From a virus (lineage: Duplodnaviria > Caudoviricetes): DNA of 53,029 nt. A program made the translations under genes and the position numbers. Location: IMG/VR virus record IMGVR_UViG_3300044451_000119, positions 1-53,029 of that record. One strand, written 5' to 3'. Position 1 is the first letter of the stretch. The number at the start of each line of letters is the position of its first letter. The notes beneath the pieces were generated by a model. The model did not search any database and was not told the origin of the DNA. It worked only from the letters and a program-made list of their open reading frames with translations. This document shows, in pieces, positions 9,456 through 17,946 of this stretch.

Positions 9456-9750
9456 TTAGTTTTGATTGTGCTTCCTTTTCTGCTCTGTAACTATCTGGTT
9501 GTCCAGTTTTCTTTGCTTTTGCAGCAGCAGTTTTTCTTTTTGAAAACTCGGCACCTACTTTTGCCATTTTTGGGTCTCTATAACCGTGAGGGTCTTCTGG
9601 AGTTCCCATTCCCATACCACCTCCCTTGGAGAGTTTTTTAATATAATCTTTTTTTCCAAATTTTGGTTCTTGATAACCTTCATCAAGTTGCTGATTTTCA
9701 ACAACTTCCATATATGCTTCTTGAAGATTGTGATAGTCTTGTGCGTCCAT
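9166..9750 (-). CDS. Putative internal head protein with modular structure
   Basis: Acidic leader MDAQDYHNLQEAYMEVVENQQLDE, basic segments and the DLYDIILSHLLDEGYA module; late promoter at 9771-9778. Head localisation is inferred. Confidence 0.7.
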   Translation of the reverse strand: MDAQDYHNLQEAYMEVVENQQLDEGYQEPKFGKKDYIKKLSKGGGMGMGTPEDPHGYRDPKMAKVGAEFSKRKTAAAKAKKTGQPDSYRAEKEAQSKLKKEQVDLYDIILSHLLDEGYAETPEAAEAIMVNMSEEWRENIITEVNQEPLPPKKPFRKKKPPFVKPSSTWKYGSGYADQGQGGTKVRTTPKDWDE

Positions 9751-9776
9751 TTTTACAAATAATTTTTAGTTATTTA

Positions 9777-9887
9777 TTAAAATGGGAGTCTGAACTCTTT
9801 GGTATTGAGTTTCGGAATAGGAAGTTTCTCAAATGCTTTATTGACTCTTTTTTGAAGATCCTTTAAGTCTTCATTGGTAATATTCAT
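9777..9887 (-). CDS. Small hypothetical protein (36 aa), possibly a deletion-fusion remnant
   Basis: Not in the track. MNITNEDLKDLQKRVNKAFEKLPIPKLNTKEFRLPF; start overlaps the end of the upstream ORF. Confidence 0.5.
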   Translation of the reverse strand: MNITNEDLKDLQKRVNKAFEKLPIPKLNTKEFRLPF

Positions 9888-10041
9888 TGATGATATCCAG
9901 AATTCGATTTAATACTTCGTTCGCCCCCCTTTTCTTTTCCTCAGAAAAGTTTTTAAAAATATCAGAATTTTCATAAAGTAATTTTTTTAAACCATAAACT
10001 TTATGAAGCATATCTATTCGGGTCAACATGCCTCTTGACAT
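9871..10041 (-). CDS. Small hypothetical protein (56 aa)
   Basis: Not in the track. MSRGMLTRIDMLHKVYGLKKLLYE...GANEVLNRILDIINEYYQ; fills the gap in the operon direction. Confidence 0.65.
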   Translation of the reverse strand: MSRGMLTRIDMLHKVYGLKKLLYENSDIFKNFSEEKKRGANEVLNRILDIINEYYQ

Positions 10042-10073
10042 AATTTTAATCTCATGGAATAATATCTATCGCA

Positions 10074-10325
10074 TTAATCTTCTGGAAAATTTTTTTCAAG
10101 ATCTTTATTTCTTTGTTGCCAAGTGATTCCACCATCTATACCTCTACATGGATTGATACAAGCGTCATCACCTAAATTATTACAAACAAGTCCAGCAAGA
10201 TCTAATTCATTTCCCCGTTTACCAGTTCCAGACCAATAATGTTCACCATTTAACCAAATAGCACCACATTTGAGGCATTCTTTTCTTTCTAATGAAAGAT
10301 CAGACAGTTCTTTTTCAATGTTCAT
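10074..10325 (-). CDS. Cys-rich hypothetical protein
   Basis: ECLKCGAIWLNGEHYW...LDLAGLVCN...CINPC; pattern I recognise from cyanophage hypothetical proteins. Confidence 0.75.
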   Translation of the reverse strand: MNIEKELSDLSLERKECLKCGAIWLNGEHYWSGTGKRGNELDLAGLVCNNLGDDACINPCRGIDGGITWQQRNKDLEKNFPED

Positions 10326-10545
10326 TTAAATGTTCCTCTATTTCTTTTTTCAATGATGTTCTTGGTAGATTCAATTCCTTTTCGAGATTTCTCTTCATGA
10401 AAAACATTTGAATCTCAATCCAAGTGTATCTAATGTTTAGATCCACATATGAAAAAAGGCGTATAGTGCTTTCGTAACCACCATATGCAAAGAGTAACCC
10501 AATTAATAGGAGAATAATATAAAAACCAGTTAAGATAGGTTGCAT
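10315..10545 (-). CDS. Hypothetical membrane protein
   Basis: N-terminal hydrophobic helix (ILTGFYIILLLIGLLFAYG); overlaps the next gene start. Confidence 0.7.
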   Translation of the reverse strand: MQPILTGFYIILLLIGLLFAYGGYESTIRLFSYVDLNIRYTWIEIQMFFMKRNLEKELNLPRTSLKKEIEEHLNEH

Positions 10546-10650
10546 AGATTTCTCCGATAAAATCTTACAAGTAGTAAAATCATAATGTATATAGACTATA
10601 CTATCATGCCAATTATAATGTTGTAAAATTTAATACTAATATTCTGACAT

Positions 10651-10679
10651 TTGACAAGATATCAAAATATGGTTAGAAT
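10651..10679 (+). promoter_or_regulatory. Sigma70-type promoter TTGACA-N17-TAGAAT, antisense to the late operon
   Basis: TTGACA at 10651-10656, exactly 17-nt spacer, TAGAAT at 10674-10679, with AT-rich sequence upstream. Confidence 0.65.
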
Positions 10680-10773
10680 ATCTTTGTTAGAGATGATAGA
10701 TAAGGTATAGATAATATTTAACTATTTTGTTTCTCTCCGCCGCAGTGCCGCACGTATGTTAATATCTGCATTT

Positions 10774-12675
10774 TCAACATCTCCAACGACGACGTGCCTT
10801 ACAGATTGCCTTGTCTGGATCTTTTGAGCAATCAATGTTATGCATCTTCTGCTGCCCCGCTGAGCGGGCACAGAAGGACTTACGACGCTTTGATCTTTCG
10901 GGACCAGGATCTTTCTCAGTAACTGCTGTTTTGAGTTTTGAACCAGGATTTTCGCGACGATAAACATTAACTGCTTTTTGACTCATTCCATCAGTTTTAT
11001 CAGACTTGTTTACCTTTTGCCAATCTTCTTCAAATTCAACTTGTTCTCTATATGATGGTAATCCTGCTGAACCAGTTTGAATCAATGGTTGCCCAGGAGT
11101 AAATTCAGATATTACATGATTAACAACTTTTGATCCAGGGTATATTTTTTGAAGTTCATCTGTTACTTCTTGACGACTTGGTAGTTTTGCTTGTGGGAAG
11201 AACATACGAATTGAATAATACTTTCCTCTCCAAGACAACGTAATAGCGACAATGTTTCCTGTTTGAGCTTGCAGTCTTGTTGCTTCCTCAATTTGAGACT
11301 TAAATCCCTTAATAGGTTCTGGTTCAATTAAATCAACAATTTCTGTAAAAGTATTGCCATCAACATCTTCAATGGTTACATCCTCTGCTTTCACACAATT
11401 TGGATATCTTTTTCCAAACATTGTTTTCATGCCCTTTTTCTTGTACCCAGGCCAGCATTTTTCATTTAAAAGTTCATCTAAAATTTTATCAACTAATTTT
11501 TGCTCCTTCATTTCTCCACTTGCAACGTAATCTGCTGCAGTATCAATATAATCTGCTGCCTTGGTAATTTTTGATTGAACCCAAGCTTCTAAATTTCCTT
11601 CACCTTTTCCGATTGACATTTTTAATTTTTTAACTGCATCTTCAATATTTTTTAGTTCTGATCTTGCCATGGAATATTCATGATCTTTTTTTTCTTCAAG
11701 AGTTGGACACACGTTAGATCCGTGTATTGGGCAAGTAGTTCCTTTCTTTGTATGATTACAAAACTTTTCTTCTGCTGTAGGTTTTCCAATCCCCACTTCG
11801 GTTGGTTTTACTGACTGCCCAGGAACATTAAATCCTTTTGGAAGTGGTTTACATTCTTTGTTTGTGTTGCACCAATACATACCTTTGCCACATAGTTCTT
11901 CACCAAGAATTATTTGTTCTATAGTTATTTTTTCTTCCGATTTAGTTCCCCAATTGTCAGCACCAACTTTACGGCACTTTACGAGTGCGCCAGATGCATA
12001 CGCACTTGGCCAAACTCTATAACGTAATTTTACTTTATGATAGCAAGCATCTTTATTGCCACTGCCTTTACCTTTTTTATCTTTTGCTTCTTGTACGTTT
12101 ATTTCTTCTTTCATTTTTTTTCTTGGAGAATCGGTAGAAACATAAGTTGGTTTTGCAGCCCCTGATTTTTCTTGTTGACCGGGATCTGCGATTTTTTTTC
12201 TTCTGGATGCCGACAATCTTTCTGCTTTTGTCATACTTGCCCTTTTAGAAGAAGAAACGCATTTTGGCGTTCCCTCTCCTGGTTCATCACTTGCACAAGT
12301 CCCACCAGTCACTACATTCACCCAACCAGGCTTTCCATCTTTTGATTTTGATTTTCCAAACCAATCACGAAGACCTTCCTCATTCATTTCTTTTGTTTTT
12401 TCTTTCATAGAGTTAATGAATTTTCTGTAAACTGCTGCTTCTGATGTTTTTCCAGATGCTCTTGCTCTTTGTTCCATTGCGATAGCTGCTTGAATTTTAT
12501 GAGCGTGTGAACGACTTGATTTTTTTATTTTAGTTACTGATTGTTTTGCAGTCTCAACATCCTTAAATCCGAGCCCATGAATAGTGCCTTTTGGATTTTC
12601 ATCCGTATAAAGATCAGAGTGTTTTTTTGATCCCGCAGGTTGTCCTGGTTTTCTTGAAATACGAGGATTGTTCAT
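10774..12675 (-). CDS. Multi-module basic, Cys-rich protein; putative internal head polyprotein
   Basis: 633 aa made of distinct modules (SDLYTDENPKGT; GLRDWF; KDACYHKVK..WPSAYASGALVKCRK; DHEYSMARSEL; CWPGYKKKG; SFCAR..KARRRWRC) separated by acidic xxE linkers. Confidence 0.75.
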   Translation of the reverse strand: MNNPRISRKPGQPAGSKKHSDLYTDENPKGTIHGLGFKDVETAKQSVTKIKKSSRSHAHKIQAAIAMEQRARASGKTSEAAVYRKFINSMKEKTKEMNEEGLRDWFGKSKSKDGKPGWVNVVTGGTCASDEPGEGTPKCVSSSKRASMTKAERLSASRRKKIADPGQQEKSGAAKPTYVSTDSPRKKMKEEINVQEAKDKKGKGSGNKDACYHKVKLRYRVWPSAYASGALVKCRKVGADNWGTKSEEKITIEQIILGEELCGKGMYWCNTNKECKPLPKGFNVPGQSVKPTEVGIGKPTAEEKFCNHTKKGTTCPIHGSNVCPTLEEKKDHEYSMARSELKNIEDAVKKLKMSIGKGEGNLEAWVQSKITKAADYIDTAADYVASGEMKEQKLVDKILDELLNEKCWPGYKKKGMKTMFGKRYPNCVKAEDVTIEDVDGNTFTEIVDLIEPEPIKGFKSQIEEATRLQAQTGNIVAITLSWRGKYYSIRMFFPQAKLPSRQEVTDELQKIYPGSKVVNHVISEFTPGQPLIQTGSAGLPSYREQVEFEEDWQKVNKSDKTDGMSQKAVNVYRRENPGSKLKTAVTEKDPGPERSKRRKSFCARSAGQQKMHNIDCSKDPDKAICKARRRWRC

Positions 12676-12827
12676 TCAACTGGTTTTGATTTAGTCTTCT
12701 CACTTTTTGCTCTTTTTTTTCTCGCGGCACAATGTGCTTTTTGAGAAAATCCTTTTGGATTTGAGCAATCAATACTTCTTTTATATTTATTGCTCCACTC
12801 TTCTTGAAACTCTTTATAAGTTTTCAT
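12672..12827 (-). CDS. Small basic protein with a T4 capsid-targeting-sequence-like N-terminus (51 aa)
   Basis: Not in the track. MKTYKEFQEEWSNKYKRSIDCSNPKGFSQKAHCAARKKRAKSEKTKSKPVE; ATGA overlap with the 633-aa gene. Confidence 0.8.
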   Translation of the reverse strand: MKTYKEFQEEWSNKYKRSIDCSNPKGFSQKAHCAARKKRAKSEKTKSKPVE

Positions 12828-12831
12828 TTAT

Positions 12832-14358
12832 TTATGCGAGGGTAATGTTTGCTGATCTTAAAACTCCATCAGTTCCTCGTACTTTAATTCTTAAATTAGT
12901 GTTACTTATAAGTTCAAAACTCATTTGAGAATTATTTGGAGGTGTTGAAGTGGTTCCTAACCCAATGGTAGATATTCCTACAATTAAAGAATTTCCGACA
13001 ACTTGGGAACTACCATTAACAAAAAGACTTGTACCAGAAGCACCTACTGCACCAACAGTTAATGTGTGCGAAGAGTTTGTTGTTCCTATTCCAGTGTTGC
13101 CACTTACAGATTGTCGATGAAGAGTAGAACCACTTACCGTCCAAAAGTTTAAATCTGATTGATGAGAGATAAACTGCAAAATATCATTTGCTCTGGCAGA
13201 AGTTGCGATGCCAACTGTTGTTGAGTTTATTTCTGTAAATTCTGATGAATCGAGTTTAATGCCATTGTAGAAAACATCTATTGAATTTGTATTTGCATCA
13301 TATGCAGAAACTGTAAATGATGTCTGACCAGTAGATGCAGTTGCGTTTGTAACAGATCTCTTTGGAGTTGTGGCTGTTTTTGGTCGATATGTAATAATAT
13401 CAACATCGTCACCATCAAAAGTCGATGATGATATACCTACGGTTGTTCCATTTGTTGCAGTATAATCAGATGATGCTAAACGAACTCCGTTTAAGAATAC
13501 ATCAAGATATCCAACTTCATAATTTACACTAAAACTTGTCTGCCCTCCTGTTGCAGTAAAACGAGTTTCATTTTTTTCAAATATCCCAGTTAACCCAGTA
13601 AAATCTAACTTGATTGTGCTTATTCCTGCAGAAGGAGTTGTAATTGAACTTACCGCAGATCCAATAAAGTTTAATGTAGTTACTCCCGATCCAATGTAAG
13701 TTCCAGTGCTCTGAACTCCAACACCAGCAATTAATCTTCCATCAAATGCTGTTATAATTCCTGTGTATATTGCATTTCCTATAACATGTAGTTTTGCAGT
13801 TGGATTTGTGCTTCCTATACCAAGATTATCAGAAACATAAGCACCACCTGTAACTTGAAGTGGTTGTGCTGCTGTACCAGTTGAGGTTGCTGTTCCAATA
13901 GAAACTGGACCATTTGTAAAATCAACTTCCGTGGTAAAAGTAGAAAAACCAGTTACATTTAAGTTTGTTGAATTTAATCTTGTAACAGTTCCAATTGTGC
14001 CAGTTAAGTTGGTTGTATCAAACCTTGTAACAGTTCCAATTGTTCCAGTAAGATTAGTTGTGTCTAATCTTGTAATTGTTCCTACACCAGCATTAATTTG
14101 ACCACTAAACGTTGCTGCTGTAAGAATTCCAATTATACTTACATTGCCATTATATGAAATATGACCCGCACCATAAGATTCTGCCCAAGGATTAACTGCG
14201 CGTACCGTTGTAGCGATTCCTACGCCGCCAGTATCCTGCCTGACATACAAAGTTCCATCATAAGTGTTTAGAGCTAATTCGCCTAGTTCTAAATTTGCCA
14301 ATGTTGGTCTCTTATCAGCAGTTGCTGATCTCTTTAACTTAATTTTTGAATCTGCCAT
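12832..14358 (-). CDS. Tail-fibre-like structural protein
   Basis: N-terminus IKLKRSATADKRPT...GELALNTYDGTLY typical of phage fibre anchors; TNLTGTIGTVTR repeats; LGIGSTNPTAKLHV motifs. Confidence 0.8.
   Translation of the reverse strand: MADSKIKLKRSATADKRPTLANLELGELALNTYDGTLYVRQDTGGVGIATTVRAVNPWAESYGAGHISYNGNVSIIGILTAATFSGQINAGVGTITRLDTTNLTGTIGTVTRFDTTNLTGTIGTVTRLNSTNLNVTGFSTFTTEVDFTNGPVSIGTATSTGTAAQPLQVTGGAYVSDNLGIGSTNPTAKLHVIGNAIYTGIITAFDGRLIAGVGVQSTGTYIGSGVTTLNFIGSAVSSITTPSAGISTIKLDFTGLTGIFEKNETRFTATGGQTSFSVNYEVGYLDVFLNGVRLASSDYTATNGTTVGISSSTFDGDDVDIITYRPKTATTPKRSVTNATASTGQTSFTVSAYDANTNSIDVFYNGIKLDSSEFTEINSTTVGIATSARANDILQFISHQSDLNFWTVSGSTLHRQSVSGNTGIGTTNSSHTLTVGAVGASGTSLFVNGSSQVVGNSLIVGISTIGLGTTSTPPNNSQMSFELISNTNLRIKVRGTDGVLRSANITLA
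13975..14085 (-). repeat. Coding tandem repeat, 45-bp period (GTxTRxxxTNL)
   Basis: GTITRLDTTNLTGTIGTVTRFDTTNLTGTIGTVTRLNSTNL. Confidence 0.8.
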
Positions 14359-14386
14359 TTTTAGTCGTTATGTAACGTCAAGTCGG

Positions 14387-14404
14387 AAGCGATATATATC
14401 GCTT
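14387..14404. promoter_or_regulatory. Perfect 18-bp palindrome AAGCGATATATATCGCTT in the fibre gene leader
   Basis: Directly visible; lies just downstream (minus sense) of the late-promoter motif at 14407-14414. Confidence 0.6.
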
Positions 14405-14412
14405 TTTATTTA

Positions 14413-14943
14413 TTAAAATTCTCCACCATCCTCTGCAATTGTGGAATCTTCTGCATCAACTGGTATCTCTACATTCATAATTTTTTCACTTAAATCAGAA
14501 TCTAATTTTTTCTTTTTTCTACTGTTACTTTTTGGCAACACAATTTTTTCTTCCATTTGTGGAGGAGGAGGTGAAATAATTTTTTCTTTTACTTTTATGA
14601 GTTCTTCCGCAGCATCTCTCATACAATTCATTCCACCTTCTAAATCATGCATACGCTCATCCAGTTTCATTAAATAAGATATGCGATTTTCAATATTAAT
14701 TACCTTTTGAGTAACATCAGTATGTTTTGAGATTACATCCTGATGATTTTGAATTAGAATTTTTTCAACACTAGTCCCTTCAAGTCTTGCTTGTTGATCT
14801 GCAATAATTTTTTCCAACTCCTTTATCTTTTCAGAGAAAAACATTAGTTTAGACTCTAACCCAATATTTAAATTTGCTATCTCTGAATATTTTTTTTGAT
14901 ATACTGCAATGCAAGTTTTAAGTTCAAGAATTTCATCTTCCAT
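14413..14943 (-). CDS. Coiled-coil hypothetical protein between the fibre genes (possible fibre chaperone)
   Basis: Heptad-rich sequence ending DGGEF; ATG at 14943 preferred over the TTG at 14949. Confidence 0.7.
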   Translation of the reverse strand: MEDEILELKTCIAVYQKKYSEIANLNIGLESKLMFFSEKIKELEKIIADQQARLEGTSVEKILIQNHQDVISKHTDVTQKVINIENRISYLMKLDERMHDLEGGMNCMRDAAEELIKVKEKIISPPPPQMEEKIVLPKSNSRKKKKLDSDLSEKIMNVEIPVDAEDSTIAEDGGEF

Positions 14944-14972
14944 GGTCAAAAAATCAATCTAATCTATTTAGA

Positions 14973-16892
14973 TTAGAAAGCACCAGCGTCAACAGTGATG
15001 TTTTCTAAAATTCTTGCAGTTCCATCATAACGAATTACATCAGTATCACCAGCAGCATCATTGACTTTTAAAGAACCAATTTTTAAATTGCCAACAACAG
15101 TTGCAGCACCAGAAACATTAACGTCAATGGCACTCATCAACCCATTAATGTTAACTCTGGCAGAAAATGTAGAAACTCCAGTTACATTAATTCCACCCGC
15201 ACCAACAAGTAATCCACCACCGCCATAAGTTAAGTTTGCACTATCTTCAAGGGATCCAAAAATTCCTGCCAACACAACTCTGCCAGAAGTAAGATCTGAG
15301 ACAGTTGCAGATGATAGAACTGTTTCTCCACCACTAATGTCAGCTCCACCATTAGCATCAATTGCACCAGTAAACGTCGAAACACCAGTAACGCTTAGGT
15401 TAGTTGCATTGATTCTTGTTACAGTTCCTATCGTGCCAACTAAGTTGGTAATAGTGCCACTAGTGCTGTTTAATGTTGTAATTGTACCAATAGTTCCAAC
15501 AAGATTCGTAATAGTACCATTTGTATTATTCAGAGTAGTAATTGTAGCAGCAGTACCTGTTAGGTTTGTGATTGTGCCACTAGTGCTGTTTAGTGTTGTA
15601 ATAGTAGCAGCAGTACCAGTTAAGTTAGTAATTGTACCACTAGTACTGTTTAATGTTGTAATTGTACCAATAGTTCCAACAAGATTCGTAGTGTTGAGTC
15701 TTGTAATTGTGCCAATAGTACCACTGAGATTAGTTGCAGTTACATTTGTAACGCTTAATGTTGCAATCGTTGCTGCACTTGAAACATTGACATCATCAAG
15801 TTCCGCTAATCCATCTACATGTAAATTTCTCCATTCTTGTGTTGGACGCCCAAGATCATAATTATCATCTGCACTTGGGGAGAAATTTTGATTTACTTCC
15901 CACGAGTCTGTTGCATTCCGCCAAAGTAGAGTATAATTATTATCTCCATATACTTCAATACCAGCACCATTTGCACCAGCATCTGATGGAGTGGATGTTG
16001 AAGCAATACCAACAATTTTGTCCTCAACATCCAATCTTTCGGTGTGAATGATTGTCTCAGTTCCATTAACAGTCAAATTACCATTGATTGTTAAATTCTG
16101 AGAAATTAAAACATTCCCTCCACTAAAAGTAGATGCACCAGAAACATTGACGCCGCCAGCACCTACAACTAATCCACCACCACCATGAGTTAAGTTTGCG
16201 CTATCTTGAAGTGCGCCATTTGTGCCAGCAAGAACAACTCTACCAGAAGTTAAATCAGAAACTGTTGCTGATGAAAGGACAGTTTCTCCACCACTAATAT
16301 CTGCACCACCATTAGCATCAAATGCACCAGTAACAGTTAAAGCTCCTCCAACAGATGCACCTTTTGTTACTACCAAGTTTGTAGTAACTGTCAATGCTCC
16401 ACCAACAATAACATTGTCTGGCATTCCAATAGTGACCTGGTTATCACTCACTGCCGTATTAATTTCATTTGCAGTTCCTGCAAATGTTATTGTCTGTCCA
16501 GTGCTTACTACGTCAGGAGTTCCACTATCAGCAGCAATTGTAAAATCACTTACAACTTCTCCCCAAGAAAGATTACCAGATCCGTCTGTTTTGAGATAAT
16601 AATTATTTGTTGGAGAAGATGGAAATGTATAAGTTACATCTGCTGCAATGTTTGCTGGGGCAGCAAAAGAAATTGAATTTGTTCCATTTGCAGTTGCTTC
16701 GTATACTCTTACTGCACCACCAGTTGATGCAGTTTCTGTTGTCCAAAACCTACCACTGCCAATGAGTTTATTTCCTGCTGCACTACCAACGTATAAGTCA
16801 TGTTTGTCAGTTGTAAATCCAGGTTCTCCAATATTCAATGCTGGGAGGTTTGCAAGTAAACCTCTTTTAAATTTTAAAATAGGTGCCGCCAT
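14973..16892 (-). CDS. Tail-fibre-like structural protein with internal repeats
   Basis: MAAPILKFKRG...GEPGFTTDKHDLYVG N-terminus; TINGNLTVNGT motifs; repeats; ends DAGAF. Confidence 0.8.
   Translation of the reverse strand: MAAPILKFKRGLLANLPALNIGEPGFTTDKHDLYVGSAAGNKLIGSGRFWTTETASTGGAVRVYEATANGTNSISFAAPANIAADVTYTFPSSPTNNYYLKTDGSGNLSWGEVVSDFTIAADSGTPDVVSTGQTITFAGTANEINTAVSDNQVTIGMPDNVIVGGALTVTTNLVVTKGASVGGALTVTGAFDANGGADISGGETVLSSATVSDLTSGRVVLAGTNGALQDSANLTHGGGGLVVGAGGVNVSGASTFSGGNVLISQNLTINGNLTVNGTETIIHTERLDVEDKIVGIASTSTPSDAGANGAGIEVYGDNNYTLLWRNATDSWEVNQNFSPSADDNYDLGRPTQEWRNLHVDGLAELDDVNVSSAATIATLSVTNVTATNLSGTIGTITRLNTTNLVGTIGTITTLNSTSGTITNLTGTAATITTLNSTSGTITNLTGTAATITTLNNTNGTITNLVGTIGTITTLNSTSGTITNLVGTIGTVTRINATNLSVTGVSTFTGAIDANGGADISGGETVLSSATVSDLTSGRVVLAGIFGSLEDSANLTYGGGGLLVGAGGINVTGVSTFSARVNINGLMSAIDVNVSGAATVVGNLKIGSLKVNDAAGDTDVIRYDGTARILENITVDAGAF
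15405..15735 (-). repeat. Coding tandem repeat with mostly 60-bp period (ITNLxGTxxTITTLNxTxGT)
   Basis: About five imperfect copies visible at DNA and protein level. Confidence 0.85.
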
Positions 16893-16926
16893 TGTATTGT
16901 AAAAAATTCTTTGCTATGTTTATTTA

Positions 16927-17946
16927 TTAAAAAGTTCCATAGTCAATAATGTCATCATCTATATTGTCAGCAAGATCCATCACTTCTGACGGGTCCACAA
17001 AAACAAAAGTACTTGTAGATGCCTCGTAAATAAGAAGTCTCCTGTTTGCCAAATTTGAGGTGTTGACATCACTTAACGTAACTAAACTTCCACCAGATGC
17101 ATCAGATCCTTCCCATTTGCCAGTTGTTGAATTGTATTTCAAAAACTTGTTGTTGACAGTTGCACTTGCTCGGTCAATGTCGTCCATGAATTCAAGACGA
17201 ACTTCTCCACCACCACCCTGAACAGAAATATCTCTTAGACCTTGATAAAGAAGATTTCTGAGATATCTCACTTCTTTTTTAAGACTTTCTATTTCGGTAT
17301 TTTTTTCTCCAACAATATTATCATCTTTGATGAGAGATTTTAAAGTTTTTAATACCTGAGATACTGATGGGTTTTCTTCTTCGATTTTTTCACCATTTTC
17401 AATTTCTGATGAATCCGAAATTTCATCAATTAAATCTTCATTCTCATTTTGAATATTGTTAATTTCTTCATTTGTTTCTTCTTCTTTATTTTCTTCCTCA
17501 AAAGTAATTTCGATTGGAATTTCATAATCTTTAATAGGAACTTCAATTAACGATCCGGATGTTTCTTGTTTGTCTTTGTTAAGAGTAACAAACTCATCTA
17601 CAACTTCAATTGACTCATTAAATAACCAATTTTCAAATGCTTTTATTTCCTGTGTTTCTTTTTTCTTTTTTTTCTCTTCTTTCTTTTTTAATACTACAAG
17701 TTCTTCAAATAAGTTATTAATATCTATTTTTGGTTCTTCTATTTTAATTTCTATATCTTTTTTTGATTCTTTTATATCCGATGATTTTTTATTAGAAATC
17801 TTAGAAACTTTATCAAGTTCAGTCAGAACAAAATTTAAGTCTCCTAAAAGAGACTGATATTCTTCTTCTTTCTTCTTTTTTTCCTCTTTGATAAGAGAGA
17901 AGAAATCGCCTAGATTTGTTTGGTTTTCATCTTTTGTTCTAGGCAT
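16927..17946 (-). CDS. Hypothetical acidic/coiled-coil protein downstream of gp16
   Basis: Glu/Lys-rich N-terminal part, then GGGGEVRLEFMDD and a fibre-like C-terminus (FLKYNSTTGKWEG; ends DYGTF). Confidence 0.75.
   Translation of the reverse strand: MPRTKDENQTNLGDFFSLIKEEKKKKEEEYQSLLGDLNFVLTELDKVSKISNKKSSDIKESKKDIEIKIEEPKIDINNLFEELVVLKKKEEKKKKKETQEIKAFENWLFNESIEVVDEFVTLNKDKQETSGSLIEVPIKDYEIPIEITFEEENKEEETNEEINNIQNENEDLIDEISDSSEIENGEKIEEENPSVSQVLKTLKSLIKDDNIVGEKNTEIESLKKEVRYLRNLLYQGLRDISVQGGGGEVRLEFMDDIDRASATVNNKFLKYNSTTGKWEGSDASGGSLVTLSDVNTSNLANRRLLIYEASTSTFVFVDPSEVMDLADNIDDDIIDYGTF

Noticed and set aside
10722-10967. 81-aa ORF ending DVENADINIRAA, faintly like a TnpB C-terminus
   Set aside because: Mostly an alternate frame of the 633-aa gene; the match is very short and no zinc finger, RuvC motif or element ends are visible.
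15405-15735. Regularly spaced repeats as a CRISPR array
   Set aside because: In-frame coding repeats with synonymous variation; no unique spacers and no cas genes.
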